A DNA stretch of 64,000 bases from Felis catus. Taxonomy: Eukaryota. The notes under the pieces are model-generated. The model did not search any database. It worked only from the letters and a program-made list of their open reading frames with translations, and had not been told where the DNA came from. Location of the stretch: positions 66,156,001 to 66,220,000 of the forward strand of contig NC_058368.1 of NCBI RefSeq assembly GCF_018350175.1, in the 5' to 3' direction. Positions 12,611-25,799 of this stretch are shown piece after piece. Position 1 is the first letter of the stretch, and every line of letters starts with the position of its first letter. The position numbers and the translations under genes are program-made.

Positions 12611-13121
12611 TGTGCTGCTCAGCTGCTGCTTGCTCTTAGATACGTTACCCTTTTGTCCTCTACTTGCCTCTGTATCGTAGGGAACTACATTTCCCAGGAT
12701 CCCTTGTCCTGTAACTTTTGGGTCAGTTATCCAATCAGAGGTACTCTTGGGTCCTTAGAAGGAAAGAAGCCAGAGTATTTCTTCCTCTTCCTTGTGCTTC
12801 CTTGTGGTGTCCTTAGCACCATCAGCAAACTGTACTTCCGTCATGGCTCCACTTTCCACCCTTCTTCAGTCTCATTTCCTGACCAAAGACTGGCTTCTCT
12901 TCTCGGATGAGATGTTATCTTCTCCTCCAGTTGCTCCTAAAACCAGAGCAGAGTGAGTGGCCTCCTCCTCTAATTTCTGCATCATTGTTTTACTTCCAGT
13001 TTGGCTTCCCAGCAGTTGTATCAACTGTATAACTAATTCCCTGTAATAACTACTTTCAGTTTAAAAACCAGTCTGCATCTGGAGTGGTTTCTCTTTTCCT
13101 GGCTAGATTCTGACTAATACA
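12611..13121 (+). mobile_element. ERVL-class solo LTR (LTR33/LTR16-like)
   Basis: TG...CA ends, actacatttcccag motif, terminal gtttctcttttcctggctagattctgactaataca. Confidence 0.7.
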
Positions 13122-13371
13122 ACATCGCAAAATAAAAGTGAAAGTTTCTGCTCATTTCCTTTCAGGACTCTGCTGATACAAAAAAAAAAAAAAAAATAGA
13201 CACTCTTCTTTCAAATGAATGAGGTCAATGAGAAAAACAAAAAGAATAGTGGACCAGAGGAGGAAAAATTGAAATATTCATCCTGCTTCTTTCTCTCTGT
13301 AGTTGTATGCTTCCAAGCAAAGCCCTTCACTTCCTATACTTGCTTTTCCTCATTTCTAAAATAAGATTTTG

Positions 13372-13705
13372 TACTACTACATGCAAGAACATGAATGAAT
13401 CTCAGCAACCTTATGCTCAGTGAAGGAAGCCAGACACCAAAAAGTACATACAATCAAGTTTCATTTTCATAAAGTTCATGTAGATAAAGCTAATAATCTA
13501 TGAAAATAGAAGTCACAATAATGGTTGTCTTGGTGGGGGAGAAGGAGAAAATAGAAACAAGGAAATTTTCCACGCTAGTGACAGTGTTCTCCATGGTGAC
13601 TGGGCTATTGTTTACATGGGTGTATTTATTTGTACAAACTCACCAAACAGTCACTTCACATGTGCTCATTTTACTGTATGTAATTTTACCTCAGTGTAAA
13701 AAAAG
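13372..13705 (+). mobile_element. Old L1M (L1MC/ME-type) 3' fragment
   Basis: aacatgaatgaatctcagcaaccttatgctcagtgaaggaagccagacac typical of the L1 3' region. Confidence 0.8.
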
Positions 13706-13964
13706 GAAAAGTGGGCACTAGGAAAGAAAAGTAATTAGTTAAATGAACAAAAGGCTTAGATTATGTGTCTCCAAGATCCCTTTTAGCTCTGAAATTCAGT
13801 TCTTTTTTAATGAAGAATTTGAATTTTAAAAAGGGGGGAAATAGGACAGAGAGACAGAGAATATAAATAAGCGTAAACATGTTTCCAAAGTCATTCTACA
13901 AACACATATTTTAAAACTTTCATTGGAGAGTTCGTGCTTGCTTATTAACATGGCAGGCTATAGA

Positions 13965-14175
13965 ACCCGACTTCTTAGTTGGTTTTAATTCCAGTTCCAT
14001 GCGTTATTAGGTCTGGGAACTTGGGTAAATAACTGAAGCCCATATTTCTGAGTTTCAACATTGTATTACAGAGTTAATGCTAATATCTAACCCAGTGGGT
14101 CATTGTGAGAATTAGATGAAAGAATGCATATATAGTTTTTAGCATGGTGCCAGCCACAAAGTAAATGCTCAAAAG
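13965..14175 (+). mobile_element. MIR SINE
   Basis: ttgggtaaataact...tctgagtttc...gtaaatgctcaa MIR core and tail. Confidence 0.65.
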
Positions 14176-17173
14176 ATAAAGAAGAAGATGATGATGATGA
14201 TGATGAATCTTTCCAGAAATTTCTATTTATATATTGGCAAGTAGATATTTTGTGTCTATCACTCTTGCACATAAGTATGATCATATGCACAGATTTATTA
14301 TTTTATTTATATATTTTATGGTTTTTTCCATGTTAACATACAGTTATGGAATGAATCATATTCATTGTATGGGTGGGCTCTGCTACATATAACCGCTTTC
14401 CTATTGATTAATATTTAGGATCTCTTGGTGCTTTTACTGTTAACAATAATAGTGAAATGAACATCCTTATATGCAGTATTTAAAGGATATAAAGCTTGTT
14501 TTATCTAAGCAGAAAGAACTTCTAGCTATTTTACTGTCAGAGTTAACTTTTTTATTTCAAGACTAACCCTTTTCACTAGGCCTTCTAGCTTTTTATTTTA
14601 TCTTAGATTCCTAAGTCAGTCAGGCAGTTGATGGAATACAAAGGAACGGTTGTTATCTTTTATACTCATGGTTTTCTACAGTGAAGCAATGGGAAATAAA
14701 TCATAATTCTGAAAGGAAAGTATAATAGCAAGTAAGTGTAAATGCCATCCCACCGTCTTAGAACAGGAAATACATTTAGTGTGCTTAGCAAATGTAGAAG
14801 CCTAGCCTAAATAGGCATTCTGAGTGTAGAAGAGATCCTCAAGGCTGTCAGAAGGAGAGAACGGGACTAGGGTTTCCCAAATTTAATTTTGAAATTAGAG
14901 TAGGAAACCTCTTTGAAAACTTGATTTAGTTACTATAAATATGAAGGCAGGTAACATCAAGCCAGCTCATCCTAAAGAATCCCAAGAATACAAGGCCCTC
15001 TGGCGTTTTTTTTTTTTTTCTTCAGAGGAAAAGACTATAAAGTCCCTCTGCTTTATTAAGAAACCTAGTGGGAGTAGAGAAAAGTTTTAATAAGCTTATA
15101 GCTACTCTGACAGTTGAGTAGTAAATACTAAGCATTACTTCATAGGAATGAGTAAGTATAACACCTTCACAGGCTGTTTCTATAACATATGGACTGTTAA
15201 GTGCTTGAGAAATAATTTGTTTGTTTTTGCAGCTCATAGTTTGACGTAATGAAGCACTATTGAGTTGAATAACTAGACAAGAAACTCCTTAGTTATGGGG
15301 AATTATATTCTGAATTAATGAATTGCAAATTGTAAGCCAATCCACCTCCCATAAATATTATGAGGAAAGAAGTCACAGTCCTACCTACACACATTTTCAA
15401 GGCAAAATTATTCTGTGACGAGAAAAAGATTTAGAGCATAATTAAGGTTCCTAAAATATAAGTACTTAAGAAGAAACTTACCATATGTTTAAAATTATTT
15501 GAGACTGCATTTATGATCTGTGATAAGTATATATTTTCTGGAATGCAGAAAACCTCTTTAAAGGTTTTCTGTTTTATTTTTATGGTATTATTGTGCAGCT
15601 CACCTCTAGCAATTCATAATGGGCTTTAAAAATTCAAATAATAAAATAAAGATTTTTATTCTGTGCCTGTGATAGTTATTTCACTTTACATAGAAAGCAC
15701 TAACTCATTGTTGAAAATACAAATAACTTAAAATGACAGGTTTAATAAGCCATATTCTAGAACCATTTTGTTAACACAGCTCTATGATATAAGTATAGAG
15801 TGTTGTTCAAGTTTGAATGTTAATTAATTTGGGAAATGATGGTCTTGGGAATGGTCTCTAATCTCTATATACATGAGATTATTAAGAAAAATCTTTAATT
15901 TTAGTGGATCATTTGTTTTAATTGGCCTAAGAGTCTAAAAATCAGGCACAACACAAAATACGGGAGAGCACTGAGTCTGGAATCAGAAGCCTTGATATCC
16001 AAACTGCCTGCATCTCAAAATTATTACATAACCCTGAGGAACTAATGAACATCTATAATTCTGTCTCTCTATCTCTCAAAGATGTAAAATAAGATATAAC
16101 TGGCCTTCTTCAAAAGGTCGGGCAAAGGATGAGAGTAGCTAATGCAAGTGAAATGTTTTAAGAAATGTTCATTGTATTAACAAAAGGGTTATGCAAAAAA
16201 AGGGTGGGGTTTCATAGTCTAATAATCTAGGAACTCTTAGATGTGAGTGTGAGAGAGACAGGGAAGGGAGAAATATTTCTTAGAGACTTTTGCAAAGAGG
16301 GAATAGATTCTGTGCATAAACTCAGTTGACCTTGGGACTCTCCCTCCCCCCCCCCCTTTTAAATGAAACATTTGGAGAACACTCATGATGAAAAGTAGTT
16401 TCAGACCCAAGGAGGCTGTAGGGGTTTTACAGTTGGAGTGTTAAGGTGTGCACTACAGGAAACTCAATGAGGCAAAGCCACTACAAAATGGATGGGATTG
16501 AGAACTGCTGAGGGTGATTCTAGAGGAGTGTTTCCCATTTGCTTCCTGTATTTGGTATAGGATCAGTCTTCATAGTTCCTTGAAACTGTTCCTCACATAC
16601 AGTGAACACCAGAGTGCCAAAAGAATGACATGTTCTCATCAAAGTTCACCTCTCCATTTTGAATACATGCAAGTCTTGGGAATCCTTGTCTTTAGGACTG
16701 CCATCATTCTTGAATGTTCTAGTCTGTCCAAGACATGGATGTCATGGGAGAAGCTCCCTGAAGAGGTTATTTTCTCTACCTGGGACTCATTTTCTTTATT
16801 TGCAAAATGAAGGAAATGAAGAAACCCCAAGATCTCTTCCATGCCTAAAAATCTCTACTGGTTCATAGCAGAACATACCCTCCCCAGGCCCACCTGGGTC
16901 TCTCATGGCACTTAGAGTAACCCCACCTCCCTCATCTAAGTTAGCCATTAAAGTCTAGAATATCCGTTCTAGAAAACTTAACATGAAAGATACAGCATTT
17001 ACATGGCCTAAAAGCTATTTAATCATTCTCCTAGGCATTGATTAGTTTCTTAGATTAGATCATTGTTACTATGTCAGATACTGACTAGAATAAACTACAG
17101 TGCCCACCAAACACCTGACCAGAACCCATCAAAGAGTTGGTTCTAGAATTCAATAAGAATGGTAGGCAGAACA

Positions 17174-17378
17174 GGGGCGCCTGGGTGTCTCAGTTGGTTA
17201 AGCGTTGGGCTCTTAATTTTGGCTCAGGTCATGATCTCATGGTTCATGATTTCGAGCCCTGCTTCGGGCTCTGCACCAACAGTAAGGAGCCTGCTTGGGG
17301 TTCTCTCTCTCCCTCTCCCCTGCCCCTCCCCCACTTGTTCTTTTTCTCTCTCTCACATAAACTTAAAAAAAAAAAAAA
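17174..17378 (+). mobile_element. Can-SINE
   Basis: Head and tail present; near-perfect TSD aagaa(t/c)ggta(g/a)gcagaaca. Confidence 0.95.
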
Positions 17379-17870
17379 GAACGGTAAGCAGAACAAATTG
17401 GAGGATAAATGCAAACAAAACACAATAAGATTACTAAGCTCCAAGTATGTTTTGAGTATTTTATAAGATTTTGATGTTCCTGTAATGGACATTATGAAAT
17501 GTTCTGTCAATTTGAAAGCATGCCTGTCTTCTGAAATGTTATTCCAATGCAGTGTGGATTCTATCCTGGGACTTGAAGAGCAGACTTTACCCATTCATTC
17601 AGAAGACACTGAGTATTTATTGTGTGTCAGGCACTGGACTAAGAAAGAATATGGATGTGGGAATTCAAAGGTGACTCTTTGTCTCTGTATTGATTTCAAT
17701 GTTAACCAAGAAGCAAGTACATATCCAACATACAGATACTAACCAGTGACTTTGCCCCTGCAAATAAATTTATATATATATTATATATATATTATATGTA
17801 TATATAATATATATATTTACACACACACACACATACACACACACATAGCCCTAATAAAATTCTAACTTTT

Positions 17871-18153
17871 TTTTAGTGCAGTTGACACACAATGTTACAT
17901 TAGTTCATTAGTTTCAGGTGTAAACATAGTGATTCAGCTTCTTTGTACCTTGTGCTATGCTCACCACAAGTGTAGCTATTGTCTGTCAGAATACAACACT
18001 ATTATAATACCATTCACTGTATTCCTTATGTTGTGCCTTTAATGCCTGTGACTTATTCATTCCGTAAGTGGATGCCCGGATCTCCCGCTCCCCATGACCC
18101 ATTTTGCCCATCCAACCACTCCTCCCCTCTGGCAACCACCAGTTTGCTCTGTG
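17871..18153 (-). mobile_element. 5'-truncated L1 3' UTR (carnivore/L1MA-type)
   Basis: tagtttcaggtgtaaacatagtgattca...ctctggcaaccaccagtttg; 16-bp TSD taaaattct(a/g)actttt (17855-17870, 18154-18169). Confidence 0.88.
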
Positions 18154-18487
18154 TAAAATTCTGACTTTTAAAATTATCATCCGAAGTAGCACATTATAAA
18201 AAACACAGCCAAAATATCATGACTTAAAAAAACTTCACACTTTAAAAAATATAAATCCAAACTAAAAAATCAGAATAACCAGGGACTCTAGTCATTTCTC
18301 TTTCCATGAGCTGTATTGGTAGAGAGTAGTTAATCCTCTTTTGTAACTTTAATATCAGGATTAATTCCTAGATCCTGCCTATGAATGGCATACCAGCTTA
18401 AACCTAAGACCTTTGTTTCCCTTTATAAAACAAAATTAAAACAGAGAACCTAAGGCCAATAAGAGCTTTTAGAAATAAAAATTTCCA

Positions 18488-18707
18488 GGGGTGCCTGGGT
18501 GGCTCAGTCGGTTAAGCGTCCTACTTCAACTCAGGTCACGATCTTGTGGTCCGTGAGTTCGAGCCCCGCGTCCGGCTCTGGGCTGATGGCTTGAAGCCTG
18601 GAGCCTGCTTTGGATTCTGTGTCTCCCTCTCTCTCTGCCCCTCCCCCGTTCATGCCCTGTTTCTCTGTGTCTCAAAAATAAATAAACGTTTAAAAAAATT
18701 TTTTTTA
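18488..18707 (+). mobile_element. Can-SINE, younger-type member of tandem pair
   Basis: Flanked by a 30-bp direct repeat (18458-18487, 18708-18737). Confidence 0.95.
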
Positions 18708-18737
18708 AATAAGAGCTTTTAGAAATAAAAATTTCCA

Positions 18738-18951
18738 GGGGCGCCTGGGTGGTTCAGGCGGTTAAGCGTCTGACTTTGGCTCAGGTCAGGATCTCATTGT
18801 TTGTGAGTTTGAGCCCCACGTCAGGCTCTGTGCTGACAGCTCAGAGCCTGGAGCCTGCTTCGAATTCTGTGTCTCCCTCTCTGCCCCTCCCTCTCTCTCG
18901 TGTTCTTGTCTCTGTCTCTCAAAAATGAATAAATGTAAAAAAAGAAAAGAA
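18738..18951 (+). mobile_element. Can-SINE, older-type member of tandem pair
   Basis: TSD agaaa(t/g)aaaaatttcca. Confidence 0.95.
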
Positions 18952-18992
18952 AGAAAGAAAAATTTCCAAGCATTATCTCTCAATATAGGTCT

Positions 18993-19031
<39 letters not shown>

Positions 19032-21412
19032 GTGTGAGTGTGGGCTCTTCCATGATTATAATTTGGAGGAGAAGAGGGTGGGAAATAAATTTGGTGTACC
19101 TAAAAAGAACACAAACAGCACTTTTTGCTTCTCTGCTGAATGTTCAACTCATTAAAAGAACAAGAAGCATTTCATGGATTACTGATAACAGTACCTCTGT
19201 CATAGACAGCAGGCCAGATTGGAGCCATAAATGGAGCCATTGTGTTCATTACCGAATGTGAGATATTCATCCTTACAACTGATCCGCCTCCTTCTAGAGA
19301 CAGGTAGACATAATGAATACATAAAAGGAACCTTTTATTTTTTTTTCAGGGAGCCATACTAAAAAACAAGTTATTAGGACATTAATCATCAGCTGAAAAC
19401 AGCATTCCAGTAGAAAACAGCAAAATCAACATGAATACATGTATCACTGATACATTTGCAAAGTTCAACATGCGTTACGGTGCAGTTAAAAGCTAATATT
19501 TCTGAAGTAACCTTGGAATGCTTTGTCTCATTTTTATAAAACCAGTGACAAGTTGAAAATAGTTGATTGCAGATTCTCATCCATGAATGCTGAGTTACTA
19601 AATTTAATGAAAGGCTGTATGCAATATACAGTCTTTTAAAGATCGGGCATTTTGACCCCTTCCTTTCAAAGATGGGGGATTGAAGCCTGGAAAACACTGT
19701 TAATAGCAGTGCCCGGGAGGGAATGCAGGCGCCCAACCCCAATTCAGCATTCCTTCTCCCTGAGACTAGTCTATCCTTCTGCCCAGGTAGAGCCCAAGAA
19801 GGGCCACATTTCCATAGTTTGGCAACTATCTGGAAATTTTGATATCCTGGCAGAATGTGTCCCCTGTCTGCTTGCTGAAGGATTCAGTTTTGCCTGTGAC
19901 AGTATTTTATTTATTCTTTAGAGCCCCTTATGCTCATAAACATGCCCATTAGTTTTACAAATTACCACATTAGTCATAAATGAGTTGTCCTCCTAATATA
20001 GCACATAACTTATTGTTGCATTTTATTGGACCATTTATAATAAAATTATGGAAAGTGTTAAATAACCCTCAGAGAAAAAACGTATTCATCATCTTAGCAA
20101 AGGTGTAAGTGTTGCATTTTCTTCTAAGGTATTTGTAAGGAATTTGTATTCAGAATATTATGCTATTTCTCTAAAAGGACTCTTGGGTTTCTGTATGGGG
20201 CCATTCCCCCTGTCTTTTTTTCCTCTTCACTGGGTTTCTTATAAAAGTCTAAGCCACTTATAGTGCTCTGATTTCACAGTCTAAAAAAAAAAAATGATTT
20301 GCTCCTTCCAAATCACACGAGATCTATTAAATTTGTTCTTAACTTAGCAATTAAAGTGCAGCGTCTAAGCCTGAAATCACCCCTTCCCCCGTCACCAACT
20401 CCTAACAAACACTGGTGCTAACACATGTGACCTTCAAAATAGCAGTTGCCTCCCGTAAAATCTAACAGTGTTTTCCCCCAGAAATAAGAAATGTGGAGCC
20501 AGAGACCTAAGCTCTTTTTTAGATTCACTGAAATAGTACATATTCCGCTGAAACTAAAATTGCCCTAATCATAGGACACTCACAAAATTTCTTCTCTTTG
20601 TTCTTAGCTTTCACAAATATGGAAATTGTCCTGCTGGACTACCAGGAGCTGTATTAGCCTCATCTAATGAAAGCTAATATGCAAAAAAAAAAAAAAAAAT
20701 GTTGAAGCACATTGAATTAATTATATCTGAGATTTGACTTACACATGAGATGATTAAATATGTGCATTTGAAAGAATCCCTGAAGGTAGTTAGTTACTTT
20801 AAATAATTGTCCAGGGCCTTTTGGCTGAAGTGACTTTCCCCATGTAGCTTGCTGGTGTTATCTTAATTTTTCAACATCTTAATTTTGTGCTTTCTTCATG
20901 CCCTACCTTCATTTAATTCAGTACACATTTAAAGAAAACAAAAGAGGCAGAGAACAGTGCTAGAGTATGCAGGGTAATGGAAAGGTGAGAAAGTGTGGTC
21001 CACCTACCCCCTAAGGGTTCTCTCTCAATGTGGGCTAATGCATCAGCCAATACACCAGTAAACTCCAGTCCAAACACAGAATCCGTCATTTCTTTTTTGT
21101 TAATTTATCAAATCAGTTTCTGAATTAGCAAAACTAGATTGTAGAATTGCAGGATGATTAGATAAACAACTGATTTCCAAGACAGGGTGGTGAACACCAA
21201 AGCATCCTTGGTCTGGGATGCTGCAGAACCACCAAAAGGGAATGTGGAGCCTCCAGAAAGAGTTGATCTCCAAGTTCAGTACTGAAACAGACAGCCTCCA
21301 ATGTTAGTCAGGTCTGGTCAAAGTCGTCAGGTCTGGAGTGGGCACTGAAAAGGAAGACATTCTTTCCAGACAGAGACAAAGAGAACAAATTGACTTTCTT
21401 TCAGCCCCAAAA

Positions 21413-21577
21413 CAGTGGTTCTGGAACACTTGTTAAAGCCCCGATTGAGCGAAGGTGGGGAGAGGGACTGCGTCAAAGTCTCGATTCAGTCGGTCTAGCG
21501 TGGGCTGGAAATTGCATTTTTAACAAACTCTCAAGTGACTATGCTGTTGGTTCCTGGACCACATTTTGAAAAGCACT
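21413..21577. mobile_element. MER5A (hAT-Charlie) MITE
   Basis: cagtggttct...gattcagtcggtctagcgtggg...tgcatttttaacaaactctcaagtga...ggaccacattttgaaaagcact. Confidence 0.8.
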
Positions 21578-22249
21578 TCCCATTTGAAAACAGAAATGAA
21601 AACCTTCCTTTCCGTATGTAAGAGGTGTTCTCTAAACCTAATTGCACAGTGTTTTTTGCCAACTCTGGACATATTTGTCCCATCTACAGACTTGAAGAGC
21701 TGACTCCCTGCACTCCTTTCTCCAGAAGGCCGACTATGAGTGATTTTGTTTATCTTCATATGTCAAAGCATGTCTGTTCCTATGATCACCTCCGTTCTCT
21801 TTATACTTACAATGTTTCACAAGAACCACCTCTTACATGTTCTAGGAAGGGCACAGATTTGACCTGGGTTGAGATGGTTTGCCGTTTTTCTTCTGACACA
21901 TTCAAGCACTTTCTTCGCCCTTGTAGCCACAACAGCTTATCACCAGCATTGTGCACAGTTACTTCTAAGCCAGTGCTTTTGTAAAGACAATCAAGCTCAT
22001 AGGCCATTTTTTCCACCCATTGCTGTCACCCTGTGAGATTTTCCAATAAGCTTAAAGCTACCTGAGCTGCTGCTTCCTTTTCTGGAAGAGCAGAGACCTT
22101 GTCCTGGTGTTGAGGGTCTGGGGCACACCCAGACACCAGTTTTTAATCACAGTGACAAGAGCAGCAAGAACAGAGCAGCTGAGTACCTACCAGGTGCCCG
22201 GCAATGTGTGGCCTTAGGGACTACAGACCCATTTCTTACTCGTTTTTAA

Positions 22250-22468
22250 AATTTTTTTTAATGTTTTATTTATTTTTGAGAGAGAGAGAGAGAGAGACAC
22301 AGAACACAAGTGGGGAAGGGGCAGAGAGAGGGGGAGACACAGAAACCAAAGCGGGCGCCAGGCTCTGAGCTGTCAGCACAGAGCCCGACGTGGGGCTCGA
22401 ACCCATGAACTGTGAGATCACGGCCTGAGCCAAAGTTGGATGGTTAACGAACAGAGCCACCCAGGTGC
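22250..22468 (-). mobile_element. Can-SINE
   Basis: Antisense SINE body and T tail. Confidence 0.93.
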
Positions 22469-22675
22469 TTACTATTAAATAGGTCTCTAGTTAGGGCAAC
22501 GGCTAGGAAACCAGAGAACTAGTATACACTGCGATAAGAAATGTAATTAGGGTAAGACAGTAGAGAGGAGGGGAGCCTCATCGCATTTAGGGAGATGAAG
22601 GCAAACAGATGTTTTTCAGGAGACAGCACTGGAGCTGACTTCTGAAGATGTAGGGTGAGTTAGATGGAAAAATAA

Positions 22676-22727
22676 ATAAAATAAAATAAAATAAAATAAA
22701 ATAAAATAAAATAAAATAAAATAAAAT
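22676..22727. repeat. (TAAAA)n pentanucleotide microsatellite
   Basis: About 10 direct units. Confidence 0.95.
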
Positions 22728-24059
22728 AGCAGAAACTCCTAAAATTAGAAAGTATAGTGCATTTGGGGAACTGCATACAGTCCAGGACTGCTGGAGAGGA
22801 TGACGTACAGAGAGATAAGCCTGGAACAGTAGACTGGGATCAAGTTACGAAGATCAGCAAAAAGAATGGATTGAACAAGGCTGAGTCCACACTGTGACAT
22901 GAATCATATGCAGGCTACAAAACACTTTAGAAATGACCTACAAACAACATACAGGTTTAACTGCAGCATTTGTCTGCTATTAAAAATCCAATCCTCCTTC
23001 CTAGGAACTGGGGTCCTATCAGCCAAATGAGGCTGAGTAAATATCTCCGCACAGGGGCGCTTTGGATCTTGGTTTGCTTTTGTCATTCTGCTTCTCCATC
23101 ATCTGCCAAGCATCTTGCAGGTCTAGTGCAAACTTTTATCCTATAATTGTCTTTCTCGTGTCAGCTAACATGGGTCTTGGGAGGGTTGATGGCCGTCAGA
23201 AAAAAAAAAAAAAACACCTGCCTAAGGTTGAGCCAACGTCCAACTTCAGCTTTGTTCCTCAGTGGTGGGATTCCCTTTGCTCTGGCAATTGCTCTTCTCA
23301 TTTTCTACTGAGTTGGGTCATCCTGGTACATGATGAGGTTCTTTTTCCTTTAATGATGTTCGGAAAAAAAAAAAGCCTCTGCTGACCAGCTGCACTTCTC
23401 TTTCTGTATCATGGTTTGGTCAGAAGACGGAGCATTATAGAAAAACCACTTCTGCTCTTTAACAGACAACCACCTCCAGTGGAGTCCTATCTAAAAAAAA
23501 ACATGACTCCCTTTCTCTGCTTGTCATCTCAGACATGACCGATCACTCCACCAATTTTATTTTTCACTTAAACCCTTCTCATAAGTCCTAGAAAACTTTA
23601 CAAAGAGGAATTTTATTTTTGATTCCTTATGCCATTAGCAGAATTTTGTTTTCTTTTTTTTTTTTAAATGATCTCATTCATGCTTCTTTCTTTTCCTTTT
23701 ATCAAATTCCCTTTGAATTTTAATATTTTATTCTACTTTATTGCATGTTACTTCTAGGAATTAAGGAAGTAAAAGGATCAGAAACAAATACACTATCAAC
23801 CCTTGACTAGGACCCATTAGGATGGTATTTACATAATACAAGATATAGTACTGCAGGAATCCACCGTTCCTCTGTGTTCATTAGCATGTTATGCTACTAC
23901 AATTCACACTGTTTTAATTTGAATTAGTTATGTCTGAATTCTGTCGCAATACAATAAAGTAGTGTGTGTTTCGCACTGGGAACTTGGATAATCAAAGCTG
24001 CACATGCTTTAAAATATGTTTAGAGTTGGAACCAAGAGCAAGTCGTTATTAAAAATAAT

Positions 24060-24255
24060 AATCATGAGGCTACCATTTATCTCCCATTCACTATGTGCCA
24101 GGGGCTGTTCTAGGCATTCACAAGCAATGGCTCATTTCATTCTCACCAGCATAGCTAGGAATTGCCATGTTCCGTTTTACAGATGAGGAAACTGAAGCTC
24201 AAAGAAAATAGGAATCAGTTGGCAGAGCTGAGATTGAAATTCAGATCCAATGGTG
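24060..24255 (-). mobile_element. MIR SINE
   Basis: actatgtgccagg...ttttacagatgaggaaactgaagctc (antisense MIR core). Confidence 0.85.
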
Positions 24256-24576
24256 CTGCTTTCAACAATGATCAGAAATGTGGCTCCTCTAAGAACTAGA
24301 TGTCTGTCCTCTAGGTTATTGGAAATCCCCAGAGGTGAGGAGAGTATTAGGAAGACATCCAATTTGGCCTAGTAGATTTGAGGCTGGCAGGAGCAACTCT
24401 CATTGCTCTTGATTTTTCTTTGATAAATCACAGCCATTTTCATGTCACTGCCACCTCTGGACATTGAGAAAAGAAAAGGCAAATAAGAAACCCACCAACA
24501 ACAAAAACAAAATCAAATAATGTAAATAAATGGATTTAAGCATGTTGCATTCATAATTGAAAAACTAGAACACAGA

Positions 24577-24785
24577 GGGGCACCGGGGTAGCTCAGTTGG
24601 TTAAGCGTCCAACTTCAGCTCAGGTCATGATCTCACAGTTTGTGAGTTCGAGCCCTGTGTTGGGCTCTGTGCTGACAGCTCAGAGCCTGGAGCCTGCCTC
24701 GGATTCTGTGTCTCCCTCTCTCTCTGCCCCTTCCCCACTTGTGCTATCTCTATCTCTCATAAATAAATAAACTTTAAAAAAAAAA
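24577..24785 (+). mobile_element. Can-SINE
   Basis: Head with B box gagttcgagcc, CT tract, A tail. Confidence 0.95.
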
Positions 24786-25675
24786 GAAAAAGTAAAGCAG
24801 AGATAAGTTAAAAAATATCATATGTGTATCAAACACATTGAGCTGAGGGAAGAGTCAGGATTTTTTGATGAAAATCTATGCAGTCTAATTCAATTGTCAT
24901 TAAACATTATGCACTTAATAACCAGAGAGAGAAATAAGAAAATCATTCCATGAAAGAAGGGGTAAAAAACCAAAAACCCTTCCCAGGATGTTGCTCCTAG
25001 GTTTTAAGCTGTGTATTACATTATGCTATACTGTGTTATATAATATTATATTCTGTTGCATGTTTTTTGTGACTAGATATCAAGTTATGACTGGAACAAT
25101 ACTATATTATCATGCTTGGAAACAAGGGACCATATCTTGTTCATCATTGTATCTTCCAAGTCACCTACACAGCATATGTAATATGGATTCAATAAATTCT
25201 CATTGAATTAAATTGTCTTTTCTACTACGTCACCAGACAGCAAATATATCCTTATTATAGTTGTGATCAGTACAACACATTTTAAATAATGAAGGAAAAG
25301 TGTGCCTCTCTAATAACTCTCTCAGTAGCAAAACATCCAAACCTGTTACAAAGAAGAAATGATCCATTTAAAATCTAGAACACAGCTCTGTGGAGATGAT
25401 CCACTTTGCCAAGTTCCTTCCTTCCATCTTTTGAATGAACATGACTGAGTTTAAAATATTCACCTAACATGTTTAAAGGCTTTATTCAGATGCCTGTGAA
25501 AGCTTTCATTACTGACTGCTTTTCTGTTTGTTTTCCTCATATTCTTCTAGAAGATTTTCCTAATCTTGAGGCTTTCTTGAATATACTGCAGATAGTACCA
25601 GTGTTTGGTACTAAGCATGTTCTTCTTGCTTTGCATGTCAAAGAAATATTCTCATTATTGGTTGATAACTTTGAA

Positions 25676-25729
25676 TGTATGTATTTATGTGTGTGTGTAT
25701 GTATGTGTGTGTATGTATGTGTGTGTGTA

Positions 25730-25793
<64 letters not shown>
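25676..25793. repeat. Compound (TG)/(TATG)/(TA) microsatellite
   Basis: About 110 bp of almost uninterrupted purine-pyrimidine alternation. Confidence 0.95.

Positions 25794-25799
<6 letters not shown>

Noticed and set aside
18458..18968. Regularly spaced direct repeats resembling a CRISPR array
   Set aside because: Repeats are target-site duplications and the spacers are SINEs; mammalian DNA with no cas genes
19389..19742. 117-aa minus-strand ORF with an internal acceptor at 19686
   Set aside because: Only a weak donor (AAG|GTTACT), no recognisable domain, non-ATG start
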